From a virus, in IMG/VR virus record IMGVR_UViG_3300003873_000002, positions 64,001 to 128,000 of that record: a stretch of DNA of 64,000 nt; one strand, given 5' to 3'. Made by a program: the position numbers and the translations under genes. Under the pieces are notes generated by a model, which saw nothing but the letters and a program-made list of their open reading frames with translations, had not been told where the DNA came from and ran no database searches. This document shows positions 38,831 to 49,822 of this stretch, piece by piece. Each line of letters starts with the position of its first letter. The first letter of the stretch is position 1.

Positions 38831-39601
38831 ATGATTAATACACACAATACTGATAATATGTCTATTGATGGAAACATTGACGATGATTTTGTTCTTGATA
38901 TTGAAGAAAAAGAAAACCTTTTAGTAGACGAAATTCATGACGACAACGAAACTGCTGAAAGTGAGATAAAAACATCAGGGGAATTTTTAAGGGGTGTTTC
39001 TAAAAAGGTTAATTATATTAATGATTTAGAATTAACTACTAAGTTATTAAAAGAATCAAAAGAATATAAAGACTATGCATTGTTTAAAGAAAATAACCCC
39101 GGTGGTGAATATAAATATGTTAAAAGAGAAGCACCATCCGACGAGTTATGCCTGAATTTTCTTAAAATTTATGAAGGAATAACACGCAAACCAAATTTTA
39201 GTGGCTATTCCGATGATTATAAAGAAGAATTCTTTTCGAAAGCACAATATTTATTTATCAGACATTGGTTTAAATTTGATCCATTAAAAGTAAGAAAAAA
39301 TTATGTTGTAAATCCGAATTCTAAATTAAAATCAGTTAATGATATAGAGGTTAAAAAATCAAAAAACGGTGTTAAACTAAAAGAAAAAATTGATGCGGGT
39401 GAATTAACATTAAAACCAGAAGAGGCGTTTGAAGGGGGTTTTAGCTGGTTTACAATGCTTTGTGCTACTGCATGTGTTGATAGTATCACAATGTTTAAAA
39501 ACCGTAGAGAAAAACAACGCGCATTAATTAAATCAGTAGTGGATAAAAATACACTAAGTGACGAGCAGATAAAATTCAATTATGACTGGATTGATTTATG
39601 A
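38831..39601 (+). CDS. Late-transcription sigma factor (T4 gp55-like)
   Basis: NYIND.EL, FLKIYEGITRKPNFSGYS, FDP, FSWFT.LC match gp55 blocks; ~45 aa insertion. Confidence 0.8.
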   Translation: MINTHNTDNMSIDGNIDDDFVLDIEEKENLLVDEIHDDNETAESEIKTSGEFLRGVSKKVNYINDLELTTKLLKESKEYKDYALFKENNPGGEYKYVKREAPSDELCLNFLKIYEGITRKPNFSGYSDDYKEEFFSKAQYLFIRHWFKFDPLKVRKNYVVNPNSKLKSVNDIEVKKSKNGVKLKEKIDAGELTLKPEEAFEGGFSWFTMLCATACVDSITMFKNRREKQRALIKSVVDKNTLSDEQIKFNYDWIDL

Positions 39602-39663
39602 AATAAAACATATTAATTCTATAAAAACCCAGTGGAAACCCAGTAGAAATTCAGGGAAAATTC

Positions 39664-40173
39664 ATGGAAAATTCGAGGAAAAATATGGTTGATATTGAAT
39701 TTACTGGCAGAATTGTTTTTAATAACGCATTTCATAAGTTTATATGGGAAGAGTTTGTTTGTAAAGAGATCGATAATAAAAACGGTGTGTGGAGTGATGC
39801 TAGAAAACCACATCGTTTATGGAAAAATCTTCGTGTAGAATTAGATGAAAAATTAGAAATGGGTTTCACCGAATTAAAGGGGTGGGCAAAAAAGCCAGGT
39901 TATAGACTCCACAATACTGATTTTTATGCCAAATATAAAAATGTGTTATTAGATATTAAATCCGCATATAATATTTTAATGGGCGAATACAATGGGGATG
40001 ATATATTCAAATATGCCCAGTTTCTCATTAACAGCGATAAGCACACTAAATTAACACCCTTAGAGATTGCGCATTTACATATGATATTTACTAAGCGACG
40101 TTGCAAATTCGCAGATTTAAAAAAAGATTTAAATGAAATAAAAAAAATTCAACAGCGTTGGAATATAATTTAA
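39664..40173 (+). CDS. Hypothetical protein
   Basis: 169 aa ORF. Confidence 0.55.
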   Translation: MENSRKNMVDIEFTGRIVFNNAFHKFIWEEFVCKEIDNKNGVWSDARKPHRLWKNLRVELDEKLEMGFTELKGWAKKPGYRLHNTDFYAKYKNVLLDIKSAYNILMGEYNGDDIFKYAQFLINSDKHTKLTPLEIAHLHMIFTKRRCKFADLKKDLNEIKKIQQRWNII

Positions 40174-40181
40174 AATAAATC

Positions 40182-40210
40182 GTGACTTTTTCAAGAGTAT
40201 ATGTTATAAT
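40182..40210 (+). promoter_or_regulatory. sigma70-type promoter (extended -10)
   Basis: GTGACT-N17-TATAAT with TG extension. Confidence 0.6.
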
Positions 40211-40242
40211 ATAATCTATACAAAAATAAATAGGGGATTTCT

Positions 40243-41022
40243 ATGAAACTTGTTGAATTATATAGTAGTTGTGTTGTTATTTCTATTGCGACATCATTAT
40301 CAACTGTTATGTTGTATAATCACCACACCAATGAAAACCACGCTAATCAAAGTATTAAAAATAATGTTAATCACACTCAAATCCCATTTGTTTCTGATTT
40401 AAAACACCTTCAACCAAATAAAAAAAGTAGTCCAATTGCACAACCACCACAACCACCACAACCACCACAACCACCACAACCACCACAACCACCACAACCA
40501 CCACAACCACAACCAGATAAACAAGTGAAAGTGTCACCAGATAATGAATTGGAATATTTGACGGTTAAAACTAATTATATAAGCAGTGATTATAAATATG
40601 AATTAAATCTTCTAGCAGAAGCCATGTTTTTTGAAGCACGCGGTGAGGGTAAAATGGGTGTAACAATGGTTTATGATGTGATTATGAACCGTGTGCACAA
40701 CAAACATTTTAGTGATACTATAGAAGGTGTTATACGAAGACATAAGGCATTTAGTTATCGCCATGCATTTACATATATTGAAAGACAAAATATTATGAAA
40801 AAACATCAACACACATATAATAAAATCAAAAATATTGCAAACAAATTGCTTCATAGCAAAACTTATAGGGATTATACTCTAAATTCAGTTTACTATTTTA
40901 ATTTCAATAAAGTGCACCCATCATGGTATTCACATGAATATGTGACTGTAGTATACAAAAACCATGTATTTTTGAACGATTGTCGAAGAGCAACACAACC
41001 GCACACAATCGCACTTAAATAA
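40243..41022 (+). CDS. Cell wall hydrolase (SleB/Hydrolase_2) with N-terminal anchor and PQP linker
   Basis: LAEAMFFEARGEG..G...V..VIMNRV..F..TI.GVI....AFS, YYFN...V.PSW, NHVF; (CAACCACCA)x8 linker. Confidence 0.85.
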   Translation: MKLVELYSSCVVISIATSLSTVMLYNHHTNENHANQSIKNNVNHTQIPFVSDLKHLQPNKKSSPIAQPPQPPQPPQPPQPPQPPQPPQPQPDKQVKVSPDNELEYLTVKTNYISSDYKYELNLLAEAMFFEARGEGKMGVTMVYDVIMNRVHNKHFSDTIEGVIRRHKAFSYRHAFTYIERQNIMKKHQHTYNKIKNIANKLLHSKTYRDYTLNSVYYFNFNKVHPSWYSHEYVTVVYKNHVFLNDCRRATQPHTIALK

Positions 41023-41084
41023 TAATTAATTAAATAAATCTAAATAAATCTAAATAAATTTATAAAATATCTCAGGAGATTAAA

Positions 41085-42752
41085 ATGGGTGGCAACGCTA
41101 CAGGAACAAATAAAAAGACTGGAGTAGAAGTAGAAGCGGAAAAAATTCCTTTGAAACAAATTGGTCGATCAGAATTTACTAATAAATTCACATCAGTTTT
41201 TAAAGAATTAAATTCAATCTTTAAAAAAGAAAATAAAAAACCAATTTGGGTCGATGAAAATAAAATCACTACAGGTGAATTGTTTAACGGATCGACTTCA
41301 TTTATTTTCGATGCCTCGATTCCTGACGATGAAATTGTTAAATATAAAGAGTTTGCTGGTGATATTGATATCATCGTCCCTGATAATTTAAAAACTGAAT
41401 TATGGAATATGCTTGATAAATTAGAAGGCAATGAAGTTATCCCCGGCGTTACTTATATTGGATCAAATAAACCAACAGTTAAATCAATTGGTGACCAAAT
41501 TAATGCTGTCTTTGTTGCAACATTTAATGAATCAAAAATCGCGGTTCAGGTTGATTTTGAGTTTCTTGAAGTTGATGAAAATGGTTCACCATCTGAGTGG
41601 GCAAAATTTAGTCATAGTTCATCATTCGAAGATGCAAAAAAGGATATTAAAGCAGTACACCACAAATATTTGTTACAATCATTGATTGGTGGTGCATCTA
41701 TTAGAGATGATATTGTAATTGCAACTCCATCATCTACACCAGAGAAAATTAGATTCAAGAAAATGAATGATTTACCACGTATGTTGAAATTTAGTGTTGG
41801 TCGTGGTATTCGAACTGCATATGAATTAATGTACGACATGGATGGTAATGTTATTCAACATAACGGAAAAGACGTATATAGGGAAATTCCGTCAAAATCA
41901 AGTAATTATGAAACAATCGTCGCTAACATCTATAAACTGGCATTTGGGCGTTTAGATGATAACAAAGATGATGTTAAATTATTCGGATCGTTTGTTGGTT
42001 TGATTGAATTAATGAAGAAGTATTTAAATAAAAAACAGGTTCTTAATACATTGGATAGATATGTAGATAAATTATTCCGTGTAAAACCACCACGGGGTCA
42101 GGAATTGGAATCACATGATAAAGAATTAGATTACCGCGTTAAGATTGTTGGGTATGAATATTTCCTTAAACATTTAAACATTACTGATTCGAAATTAAAA
42201 GACAAATACAAAAACCAAATTGATCTTTATTATAAGGAATGGAGAGGCAGACGCGATGAGAATTTGGTTAGGGGTATTATAGATAGTATCATTGAAAATC
42301 GAGTTAAAAATAGTAATGAAGATGCTGTTGATGGTAGTGATATCACACCTGATGATATGAGCACAATTGCTAGTGTAGGTGCCCAACCAGTCATCAGTAA
42401 TATTCTCGTTAGTGTCAAAAATAAGAATATTGATATTGGCGATGATATTGGCGATGATATCGGTGATGATATCGGTGATGATATCGGTGATGATGATGAT
42501 ATTGATATAGGTATTAGTGATGATGATGCCAAAAGCATGGGTATTGATATTGATAATGGTGATGATGATGATGATATTTTACTTGAAAATGTATTAGATA
42601 AAACATTTAGTCTTGCGTGGTATATTACTACTATCGAGCCAGGTCTTGATTTCGTAAAACTTATTAATGAGTTACCTGAGGAAAATTCTGATTTGGAAGA
42701 TTTGAATGATATTGTCGATGCTGTTATTGAGGCGTATAATATAGGACAATAA
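41085..42752 (+). CDS. Pol-beta-like nucleotidyltransferase-domain protein with acidic tail
   Basis: MGGNA start, FNGS...GDIDI and VQVDF carboxylates; DDIG 12-nt repeats in acidic C-terminus. Confidence 0.55.
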   Translation: MGGNATGTNKKTGVEVEAEKIPLKQIGRSEFTNKFTSVFKELNSIFKKENKKPIWVDENKITTGELFNGSTSFIFDASIPDDEIVKYKEFAGDIDIIVPDNLKTELWNMLDKLEGNEVIPGVTYIGSNKPTVKSIGDQINAVFVATFNESKIAVQVDFEFLEVDENGSPSEWAKFSHSSSFEDAKKDIKAVHHKYLLQSLIGGASIRDDIVIATPSSTPEKIRFKKMNDLPRMLKFSVGRGIRTAYELMYDMDGNVIQHNGKDVYREIPSKSSNYETIVANIYKLAFGRLDDNKDDVKLFGSFVGLIELMKKYLNKKQVLNTLDRYVDKLFRVKPPRGQELESHDKELDYRVKIVGYEYFLKHLNITDSKLKDKYKNQIDLYYKEWRGRRDENLVRGIIDSIIENRVKNSNEDAVDGSDITPDDMSTIASVGAQPVISNILVSVKNKNIDIGDDIGDDIGDDIGDDIGDDDDIDIGISDDDAKSMGIDIDNGDDDDDILLENVLDKTFSLAWYITTIEPGLDFVKLINELPEENSDLEDLNDIVDAVIEAYNIGQ

Positions 42753-42754
42753 AA

Positions 42755-44065
42755 ATGTTTATTTCTAAAATATTAAAGAACATGAGAAGGTGCGAACAAG
42801 ATGATTCAAATACATCGCACACTGTTAAAGGTGTTATACATGAAATGATCATTCATGCAAAACTTGAACGCATTAAAAATAAACTTGATGAAGATTCGAG
42901 TAACATTTCAATATCACAAAATATCTATAACTTTCTTAAAAGTATAAAAACTGATGATATTAATATCAAAGCGATGATTAAAGATATGATGGTATCTTAT
43001 TTTATTCATAATGATAAATATGCAACATACCTTAAAAATTATTTTGTTAATGAATTAAATCTGGATAAAAAACTGATAGAAAGTCTTGAAAATAAATTGA
43101 GAAGACGCGGTGTTACTAGCGATTTCTATAAAATAATGAAAAAATTATTTATTTTTGATGATAATGGTTTTTTGTCCTCTACAAATGACAAACGCCCAGA
43201 TTATAATGAAATTAACGCAAATGGATTTATTTCAGATTATTCAAAACCACTTTGTAATAAAATACAAAATACAACAGGAATAAATTCTGATATAATCGAA
43301 TCTGTGTTTAGTGTTGTTGCGAACCATAGTGGTGTTGTCGGTGGTCTTGGTGTTGGTAAATATGAAATAGCACTTATTATTTTCTTTAAAGGTGGTAAAA
43401 GTGCCGTTAAAGGCGATGTAATGTTAAACGATAAAAACGTTGAAGTCAAGGTGGGTAATGCGCGGTTAGGCAGTAATCTTAAAAATCATGCTGATGAAAC
43501 ACAAAGATTTTTAAAACTTACCTTTGATGCTGATACTGTGACTAGAAATGATGCGCCAATGCCAGTAAGTGTATTAGAATTTATGTGTGATGTTGTTGGA
43601 GCCACTAAACAGGATGCAAGTAGCACTGTGGTTAAAAATTCATTAAACTTTGTTGAAAAAAATATGATGACTCTTATTAATTATGTGACATCAACAAAGA
43701 AATATAATATAAACCTTAAAAAGTTTGTTAATTTTTATACAGCGAACTTTGTTAGTGAGATTTATGGTGGGGATTATAAAAAATACAACAGTGCTTTTTA
43801 TAATGCATTTAAATCCAAAGATATACAAAAGGATGTCATACCATTACTTGCTGCAACATCATTAATTTTATATAAAGAGTCCGAAGGGTTTAATATTTTT
43901 ATTTTTATAAGTGGTACTGGTAAATCTGCATTGAGCATAAATAAATTTACTGAAAAAGGCGTAGATGCCGCTATGAGAACATTTATCAAAAATGGTGGGA
44001 AAATTAACGGTACAACTGCATCATCGAACCCAACAGGTGTTCGAATGAAATTGGGTGCCAAATAA
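42755..44065 (+). CDS. Hypothetical protein with PD-(D/E)xK nuclease-like motif
   Basis: GVGKYEIAL...KGDVMLNDKNVEVK. Confidence 0.5.
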   Translation: MFISKILKNMRRCEQDDSNTSHTVKGVIHEMIIHAKLERIKNKLDEDSSNISISQNIYNFLKSIKTDDINIKAMIKDMMVSYFIHNDKYATYLKNYFVNELNLDKKLIESLENKLRRRGVTSDFYKIMKKLFIFDDNGFLSSTNDKRPDYNEINANGFISDYSKPLCNKIQNTTGINSDIIESVFSVVANHSGVVGGLGVGKYEIALIIFFKGGKSAVKGDVMLNDKNVEVKVGNARLGSNLKNHADETQRFLKLTFDADTVTRNDAPMPVSVLEFMCDVVGATKQDASSTVVKNSLNFVEKNMMTLINYVTSTKKYNINLKKFVNFYTANFVSEIYGGDYKKYNSAFYNAFKSKDIQKDVIPLLAATSLILYKESEGFNIFIFISGTGKSALSINKFTEKGVDAAMRTFIKNGGKINGTTASSNPTGVRMKLGAK

Positions 44066-44100
44066 TTGGACTTAATTGAGACTAAATTAAGTCTAATTAT
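44062..44100 (+). other. Intergenic hairpin
   Basis: ATAATTGGACTTAATT-N7-AATTAAGTCTAATTAT (one G-U pair). Confidence 0.55.
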
Positions 44101-44137
44101 GTGGGCTTAAATTAAATTAAACAAAAGAAGAATTTTT

Positions 44138-45733
44138 ATGTTAAAGAAAATTGTAGAAAATGCAAAAAACCACAGATCTGAAAATATTTTAGAAGCAAAA
44201 ATGTTGGATATCAGTATTAAAACCGTTAATAAATTTGCTACAAATCCAAATAAATGCTCTGTATTTCTTAGTGAGCCGGTTGATGTTTATCAAAAAACCG
44301 ATGGTGTGAAGATTACATTAATCCGCACAGACACATCGTACGATAATACAATTGACGGTTTTTATAGGAACTGGGTTGTTGCATATAAAAACAATATTCT
44401 TTTTCATGACGAGTACAACTATGCCACACATAAAGATATTCACCATACTGTGGGTGCATCACAATTTAGTGTAGTATTAAAACATTTTTTGTCATTGCAT
44501 ATCAGAGGTGCCCTTAAATCAATAAAGAAAAACACTGAGTATCTTATTGAATTTTTAATGAAAAAGCCGACACTTTCAAGTAACTATAAAACCAAGCATG
44601 GCATGGTATTAATAGGATATGCAAGAAGCTCTTATAAGATTAAAAATGGTAAAGTAACATCTACACCAAAATTATTTAAAACCATCGGTAGGGAGTCAAT
44701 TGCGAGCGTATTTGATATTGATGTGCCCATGCATGTGTTCTCTGGTGTCCTTGGTGATTTTGATAATTTCCAGAAAAATATTATCGATACTAGGTTAGCA
44801 CCAATCTTCTTAAAGTATAAAGCTAGTTTAGAATCTGCACCAGATAGTTGTAGTGTTATAGATATCATGAGAAATGTTTTTATTGAGCTAGAATCTGTTT
44901 ATGGGGGCAATGAAGAAGGTGTTGTTATTACTGCAAAAAACAAATCATTTAATCTAAAATTTCAACAGGATTACCAAGTCGATCAAAAAGCCAGACAAAT
45001 TATTAAAATGAAGCACCGAATGGACGCTAAAAACAACGAAATATATTGGGAAAATGTTAGAAATTTCGCAGATGGGATTATTAAAGAGCTTGATATTAAA
45101 ATGGGTGATACTACACCATTAAGAACTTTGCTTAGTAGAGTAAGCAATTTATTAACTCAAACCAGAATTGATATAGATTTTAAAAATAGTAAAAAAACAA
45201 TGAGTACCATTGTTGATGATATCCAACTAACAATCAAATCAAAAATAATCAGAATGTTAGCCGGTAATAATGGTGCATTAATTATTGGTAAATTTAGAGT
45301 GCTTACAAATGCGCACACAAAAATGATTAATGATGCACTTAAAAAATATGATACTGTTAATGTAGCTATTATCTCAAATAAAAATACCAAGAAAAATTTG
45401 CCTGTTATTGTCAAAATGATTGGACTTACATTCGGTAGCAAAATTAATGTAGCGTTTGCAAGTACTGGCAATATTATTACATTGCTAGGCAAATTTGATG
45501 ATAATATTAATACTGTTATAGCAGGCACCGATCGTGTGGAAGCTTATAAAAAACAACTACTGAGATCACCTGATATGAATATAGAGGAAATTGTGAGAAA
45601 AGATATAGATATCTCAGCGACTAAGGTAATCAAATCATTATCAGATGGTGATGAGTTCTTTTTAGCAAACACGCCGGAGCCAATACATGGCATGTACAAC
45701 GAATTAAAACACATATATGTTGATAACCAATAA
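44138..45733 (+). CDS. Fusion of a ligase-like nucleotidyltransferase domain and a cytidylyltransferase (HIGH-fold) domain
   Basis: QKTDG (motif I), YLIEF (III), EEGVVI (IV), LK (V); then GKFRVLTNAH, VIAGTDR, ISATKV. Confidence 0.65.
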   Translation: MLKKIVENAKNHRSENILEAKMLDISIKTVNKFATNPNKCSVFLSEPVDVYQKTDGVKITLIRTDTSYDNTIDGFYRNWVVAYKNNILFHDEYNYATHKDIHHTVGASQFSVVLKHFLSLHIRGALKSIKKNTEYLIEFLMKKPTLSSNYKTKHGMVLIGYARSSYKIKNGKVTSTPKLFKTIGRESIASVFDIDVPMHVFSGVLGDFDNFQKNIIDTRLAPIFLKYKASLESAPDSCSVIDIMRNVFIELESVYGGNEEGVVITAKNKSFNLKFQQDYQVDQKARQIIKMKHRMDAKNNEIYWENVRNFADGIIKELDIKMGDTTPLRTLLSRVSNLLTQTRIDIDFKNSKKTMSTIVDDIQLTIKSKIIRMLAGNNGALIIGKFRVLTNAHTKMINDALKKYDTVNVAIISNKNTKKNLPVIVKMIGLTFGSKINVAFASTGNIITLLGKFDDNINTVIAGTDRVEAYKKQLLRSPDMNIEEIVRKDIDISATKVIKSLSDGDEFFLANTPEPIHGMYNELKHIYVDNQ

Positions 45734-45766
45734 CATCAAACAATGATAGATTAATAAGAGTCTTAT

Positions 45767-46483
45767 ATGCGCACAATTAATACCTCATACTTTGTAGAGT
45801 ATAAACGTTTATATAAATTAGTCCATGAAGAAAATAAAAAAAATCTCGACACATTGAATTTGGTTAAGTTTCGCTTTATTCCACTTGAAGTTTTTCATAC
45901 AGATATCCGGAACCTTTTTAATAAATATCTTGATGCTAATATTACAGAGATAAACTCGCCAGAAAATTATATGTATATTTCACCATCTGATTTTAAAAAG
46001 GCAAATGATTTGCTAGATAAAATATTTGGTAAAAATAAATTCTTGATCGCACATAGCATGAATAAAATTAAAAAAGATATACCAGAATATAATGAATTGG
46101 TAAGTGAGTATCCAACACTAGAAAAGAATGGTAGTTTCAAGTGTGATGTGTGTGGTCATATCGTTGATAACAAATTGAAAAAAATAGATGATATTGATTT
46201 GAAACCAATAAATAACGATGAATACATTTATGATATTTCAGGCTATGATAATAAAATGATTAAAATTGTTATAAATATGCCGAAAAATAAAACAATGGGC
46301 ATTTATTTTATGGACGCTTATAAAAAACCCATAGAATCAGTGCAATTTGATATATTAAGCACGAATGATAGATTTTCAACAGGCCAAATAAATTGTGAGT
46401 TGAAAAATGAATATAAATATCTCGGTTTTTATAAAAAAGGTGTAGAAAATGAGCACATAAACCGTGGTAGATTTATGCGTTAA
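45767..46483 (+). CDS. Hypothetical protein
   Basis: 238 aa; one CDVC motif. Confidence 0.55.
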   Translation: MRTINTSYFVEYKRLYKLVHEENKKNLDTLNLVKFRFIPLEVFHTDIRNLFNKYLDANITEINSPENYMYISPSDFKKANDLLDKIFGKNKFLIAHSMNKIKKDIPEYNELVSEYPTLEKNGSFKCDVCGHIVDNKLKKIDDIDLKPINNDEYIYDISGYDNKMIKIVINMPKNKTMGIYFMDAYKKPIESVQFDILSTNDRFSTGQINCELKNEYKYLGFYKKGVENEHINRGRFMR

Positions 46484-46548
46484 TCTCAATAAACAGCATT
46501 AAACAGCATTAAATAAAAACATCAATATACATCAATATACATCAATAA

Positions 46549-47274
46549 ATGGCAATAAACGACAACACAATGAATAATTTCCCGTCCATGAATTTTTTTA
46601 ATTTTAATATGGTTCCACAGAAACCTCGTAGTTTCGCAGAGTCTATGGCAATGTTTATGCAGTTCACACAGATGTTCAATAAAGCAATGGGTAATCCATT
46701 CGTTTTAAGTTACAAAAAGAAAGTTAAAGGTGTTGTGGGTGAATCTGAAATTGTCATCCGAGCAAATAAAAAAAATTATATGAATTCTGTGGTGAACCCT
46801 GGGGATGAACATAATGATGAACATAATGATGAAAATACATCTGTCTGTATTACAAATACAAGAACAAGATGCACTCAAATTAAAAAAACAATTAAAAAAG
46901 AGGTGCATCTAGTTGATGATGATCGTCAACTGACTAAAATATACCCCAAATTGCATAAACATATTAAACTAAAACCACACATAGCAAAATACCGTGATGA
47001 TATTATATACTTAGATGGTGTTGGTGATGTGACTTTAGTTAAAAAACAAGCCGACAGCAATATCGATTTAAACCTTATACAAATCCAACAAAAATCACTA
47101 AGTGGTTTTTTTATCCCTAAGCATAGGGATGGATCATCATGCGAGTATGTAGACCTCATAAAATGCCCTCTTCATAAATATTATAATAGAAATATTCAAG
47201 CATGGCCATACCAAAATAAAATTACAGAAATAAAAAACAATAATGAAAGCTTATTGCAAGTTAATATCAGTTAA
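46549..47274 (+). CDS. Hypothetical protein
   Basis: 241 aa; Met/Phe-rich N-terminus. Confidence 0.5.
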   Translation: MAINDNTMNNFPSMNFFNFNMVPQKPRSFAESMAMFMQFTQMFNKAMGNPFVLSYKKKVKGVVGESEIVIRANKKNYMNSVVNPGDEHNDEHNDENTSVCITNTRTRCTQIKKTIKKEVHLVDDDRQLTKIYPKLHKHIKLKPHIAKYRDDIIYLDGVGDVTLVKKQADSNIDLNLIQIQQKSLSGFFIPKHRDGSSCEYVDLIKCPLHKYYNRNIQAWPYQNKITEIKNNNESLLQVNIS

Positions 47275-47364
47275 TATCAGTTAATGTCCGTTAATGTCCG
47301 TTAATGATTGGTATTAAATTAATTTTTATAATAAAAAGTTACATAAATAAAGAGGTAATGTGAG

Positions 47365-47637
47365 TTGGAACTTTTAATCAAATGCAACAACTGTGGGCTG
47401 CTTTGGAAGCAAAATTGCAACATGGATGAACATAAAGACATGCGCAAAGGTAATTATAACTTTATAGGAAATGATAGTTGTTGTCCTCTTTGTGAATCCA
47501 ACCTATCACAAATTGATATAATACACAAAAATAAAGTATGGAATGGTGGTACTTTTGAATCACCGGAGTCCCACGAAACACATAAAAATATTATATACAA
47601 TACTATTAATAAATTAAAAAAGATTCTGATTAACTGA
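47365..47637 (+). CDS. Small zinc-ribbon protein
   Basis: CNNC...CPLC; GAGG RBS. Confidence 0.55.
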   Translation: MELLIKCNNCGLLWKQNCNMDEHKDMRKGNYNFIGNDSCCPLCESNLSQIDIIHKNKVWNGGTFESPESHETHKNIIYNTINKLKKILIN

Positions 47638-47703
47638 TAATTAATTTGTTGATAAAATCATTTAAAACCAGTTGAAATCATTTAAAACCAATTGAAATAA
47701 ATG

Positions 47704-47732
47704 TTGAAATATTTAGTATAATATTATATAAT
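47704..47732 (+). promoter_or_regulatory. sigma70-type promoter
   Basis: TTGAAA-N17-TATAAT. Confidence 0.55.
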
Positions 47733-47761
47733 ATATTATATTAAATCAAAAGGGTGATGCC

Positions 47762-49231
47762 ATGAAAGTAGAAGAGATAATTAAATTATTAGCAGATACA
47801 AGTTCAACAAATCAAAAAATTATGATTTTGAAAGATAACTCTGCGAATGAAACCTTAAAGCGTGTATGTTATCTTGCATACAACCCTACCACCGTTTTTG
47901 GAATTAAGAAAATCCCAGAAATCGAGTCACAAACCGATAATATTTCAATAGATAAAGCACTTGATATGCTTGAGCCCATCTATAATAGAGACGTTACTGG
48001 AAATAAAGCATCGGTGCATTTAAAAAATATCTTGTCGAGTTTAAATGATGAAAGACGTGAAATCATTAAAAATATTATTGGGCGGGATTTAAGATGTGGC
48101 ATTGGTAAAAGAACTGTTTCAAAATTATGGCCGGGGTTATTACAAAGTACATCATATATGGGTGCTGTTTCTTTCAGTGACAAACGAGTCGATAATCTTT
48201 TTAAAAAAACAAATAAAGGAGTTAAAATCTATTCTGAAACTAAAATGGATGGAAGATATGCAAATATTACTGTTAATGAAAATGGTTATACTATAACATC
48301 TCGCAACGGTAAATTCAATTACTTTGGAAATATTTTTGATGAAACAATTGATATTATACGCGAAAGATATCACCAGAGTTCATTTGTTATATGTGGTGAG
48401 TTGCTCATTGAGGGTGTTTCACGATTTGAAAGCAACGGTATCATTTCATCATTGGTATCTATTGGTGATGATTTGGCTAAAGGCAAACCATATAAAAGTG
48501 AATACACAATCTCTGAATATAATGAACTTCTTGGCAAAGTAAAAATGGTTGCATGGGATATTGTGCCGTTTGATATTGTTGATAATAATATGTTATACAA
48601 AGCAAATGAGAAAAAATTGCGTGAGCTATTAGAAGACGAGGATGCATTCTCAGAACAACTTGCATTGAATGCTATTTACAAAGAACGATATACACGCGAA
48701 CAACGTTTAGATGATCTTAAAAAGGCTTTAGATGGTGTTGATAGAATTAAAATGATTGGGTACAAAGAAGTTAAAACAAAAAAGGAAGCACTTGAACATT
48801 TTAACTATCTTCTTTCAAACGGTGAAGAAGGGACGATTTTAAAAAGTTCAGATGGGTTATGGGTTGATGGGAAACCCACTAACCAGATCAAATTTAAAGT
48901 AGAAATTGATGTTGAATTGGTTGTTACTGGGATGAATGAAGGGCGCAGTGGCAAAAAATATGATGGACAAGTTGGGTCATATAACTGCGTTTCATCTGAC
49001 GGGCTGTTAAAAGTCGCAGCAAACGTCCTTGGTGATGAAATGAGAGAACGAAATGAAAATCTTAATGGTCGTGTTGTTACAGTTAGATGTAACGGTTTGA
49101 GTGCCACCGAAAATGGATATTCTATGTTATACCCAAGATTGATTTGTATCAGGGACGATAAAGATACTGCGGATGATTTAGAATCAATTAAACTTATTGA
49201 ACAAATGGCCTTATCACTAAAGCATGAATAA
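47762..49231 (+). CDS. ATP-dependent DNA ligase (T4 gp30-like)
   Basis: ETKMDGRY, SRNGK, ICGEL, WDI, GEEGTILK, KFK, YPR..IRDDK; T4-type N-terminal domain. Confidence 0.95.
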   Translation: MKVEEIIKLLADTSSTNQKIMILKDNSANETLKRVCYLAYNPTTVFGIKKIPEIESQTDNISIDKALDMLEPIYNRDVTGNKASVHLKNILSSLNDERREIIKNIIGRDLRCGIGKRTVSKLWPGLLQSTSYMGAVSFSDKRVDNLFKKTNKGVKIYSETKMDGRYANITVNENGYTITSRNGKFNYFGNIFDETIDIIRERYHQSSFVICGELLIEGVSRFESNGIISSLVSIGDDLAKGKPYKSEYTISEYNELLGKVKMVAWDIVPFDIVDNNMLYKANEKKLRELLEDEDAFSEQLALNAIYKERYTREQRLDDLKKALDGVDRIKMIGYKEVKTKKEALEHFNYLLSNGEEGTILKSSDGLWVDGKPTNQIKFKVEIDVELVVTGMNEGRSGKKYDGQVGSYNCVSSDGLLKVAANVLGDEMRERNENLNGRVVTVRCNGLSATENGYSMLYPRLICIRDDKDTADDLESIKLIEQMALSLKHE

Positions 49232-49360
49232 ACGCATTTAACTGAGAATAAACGCGATTAAATATAAAGATACAGTTGTATTATACCCACGAATATAGTA
49301 TAATATAAAAATAATATAAAAATAATAAAAAGCAGTTAGTTCAATTATTGTGTAAAGAGT

Positions 49361-49822
49361 TTGGTTAGAAAGAGAGATATTATAGTGAGAGTTTTGCGGT
49401 TATTATTTATTGCTGTATTGATTACAACATTTGTGCTTGATTATATTGGATTCCATCAAAAAATTACATCGATGATGTTATTTGTAGAGATCACTATTGA
49501 GGCATTTATATACTTGATAGCAGCAACAACATATTCGTCACTTTCTCAGTACGAAAAAATTACAGCATATTATAATAGAACTGTTTCAAATGACGGTGTA
49601 TTTGATACCGTAATGATTGCATCTATTATAGTGTCATCATATTATGTCTTTAATCTTTCACATATTTTAATTATTTCGCCTATCATTTTTATTGGATGTT
49701 ATATCACATATTCGTTGGTTCAGCGATTCGATAAATCAATTGATGATGTAAAAGAGCTAGAATTGCCATTAGTAGAAACCATGATAAGGACGTGGTCTGT
49801 TGGAAAAAACATGGATAATTAA
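49361..49822 (+). CDS. Four-helix membrane protein
   Basis: ~4 hydrophobic segments; TTGTAT-N17-TATAAT promoter at 49276-49304. Confidence 0.55.
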   Translation: MVRKRDIIVRVLRLLFIAVLITTFVLDYIGFHQKITSMMLFVEITIEAFIYLIAATTYSSLSQYEKITAYYNRTVSNDGVFDTVMIASIIVSSYYVFNLSHILIISPIIFIGCYITYSLVQRFDKSIDDVKELELPLVETMIRTWSVGKNMDN

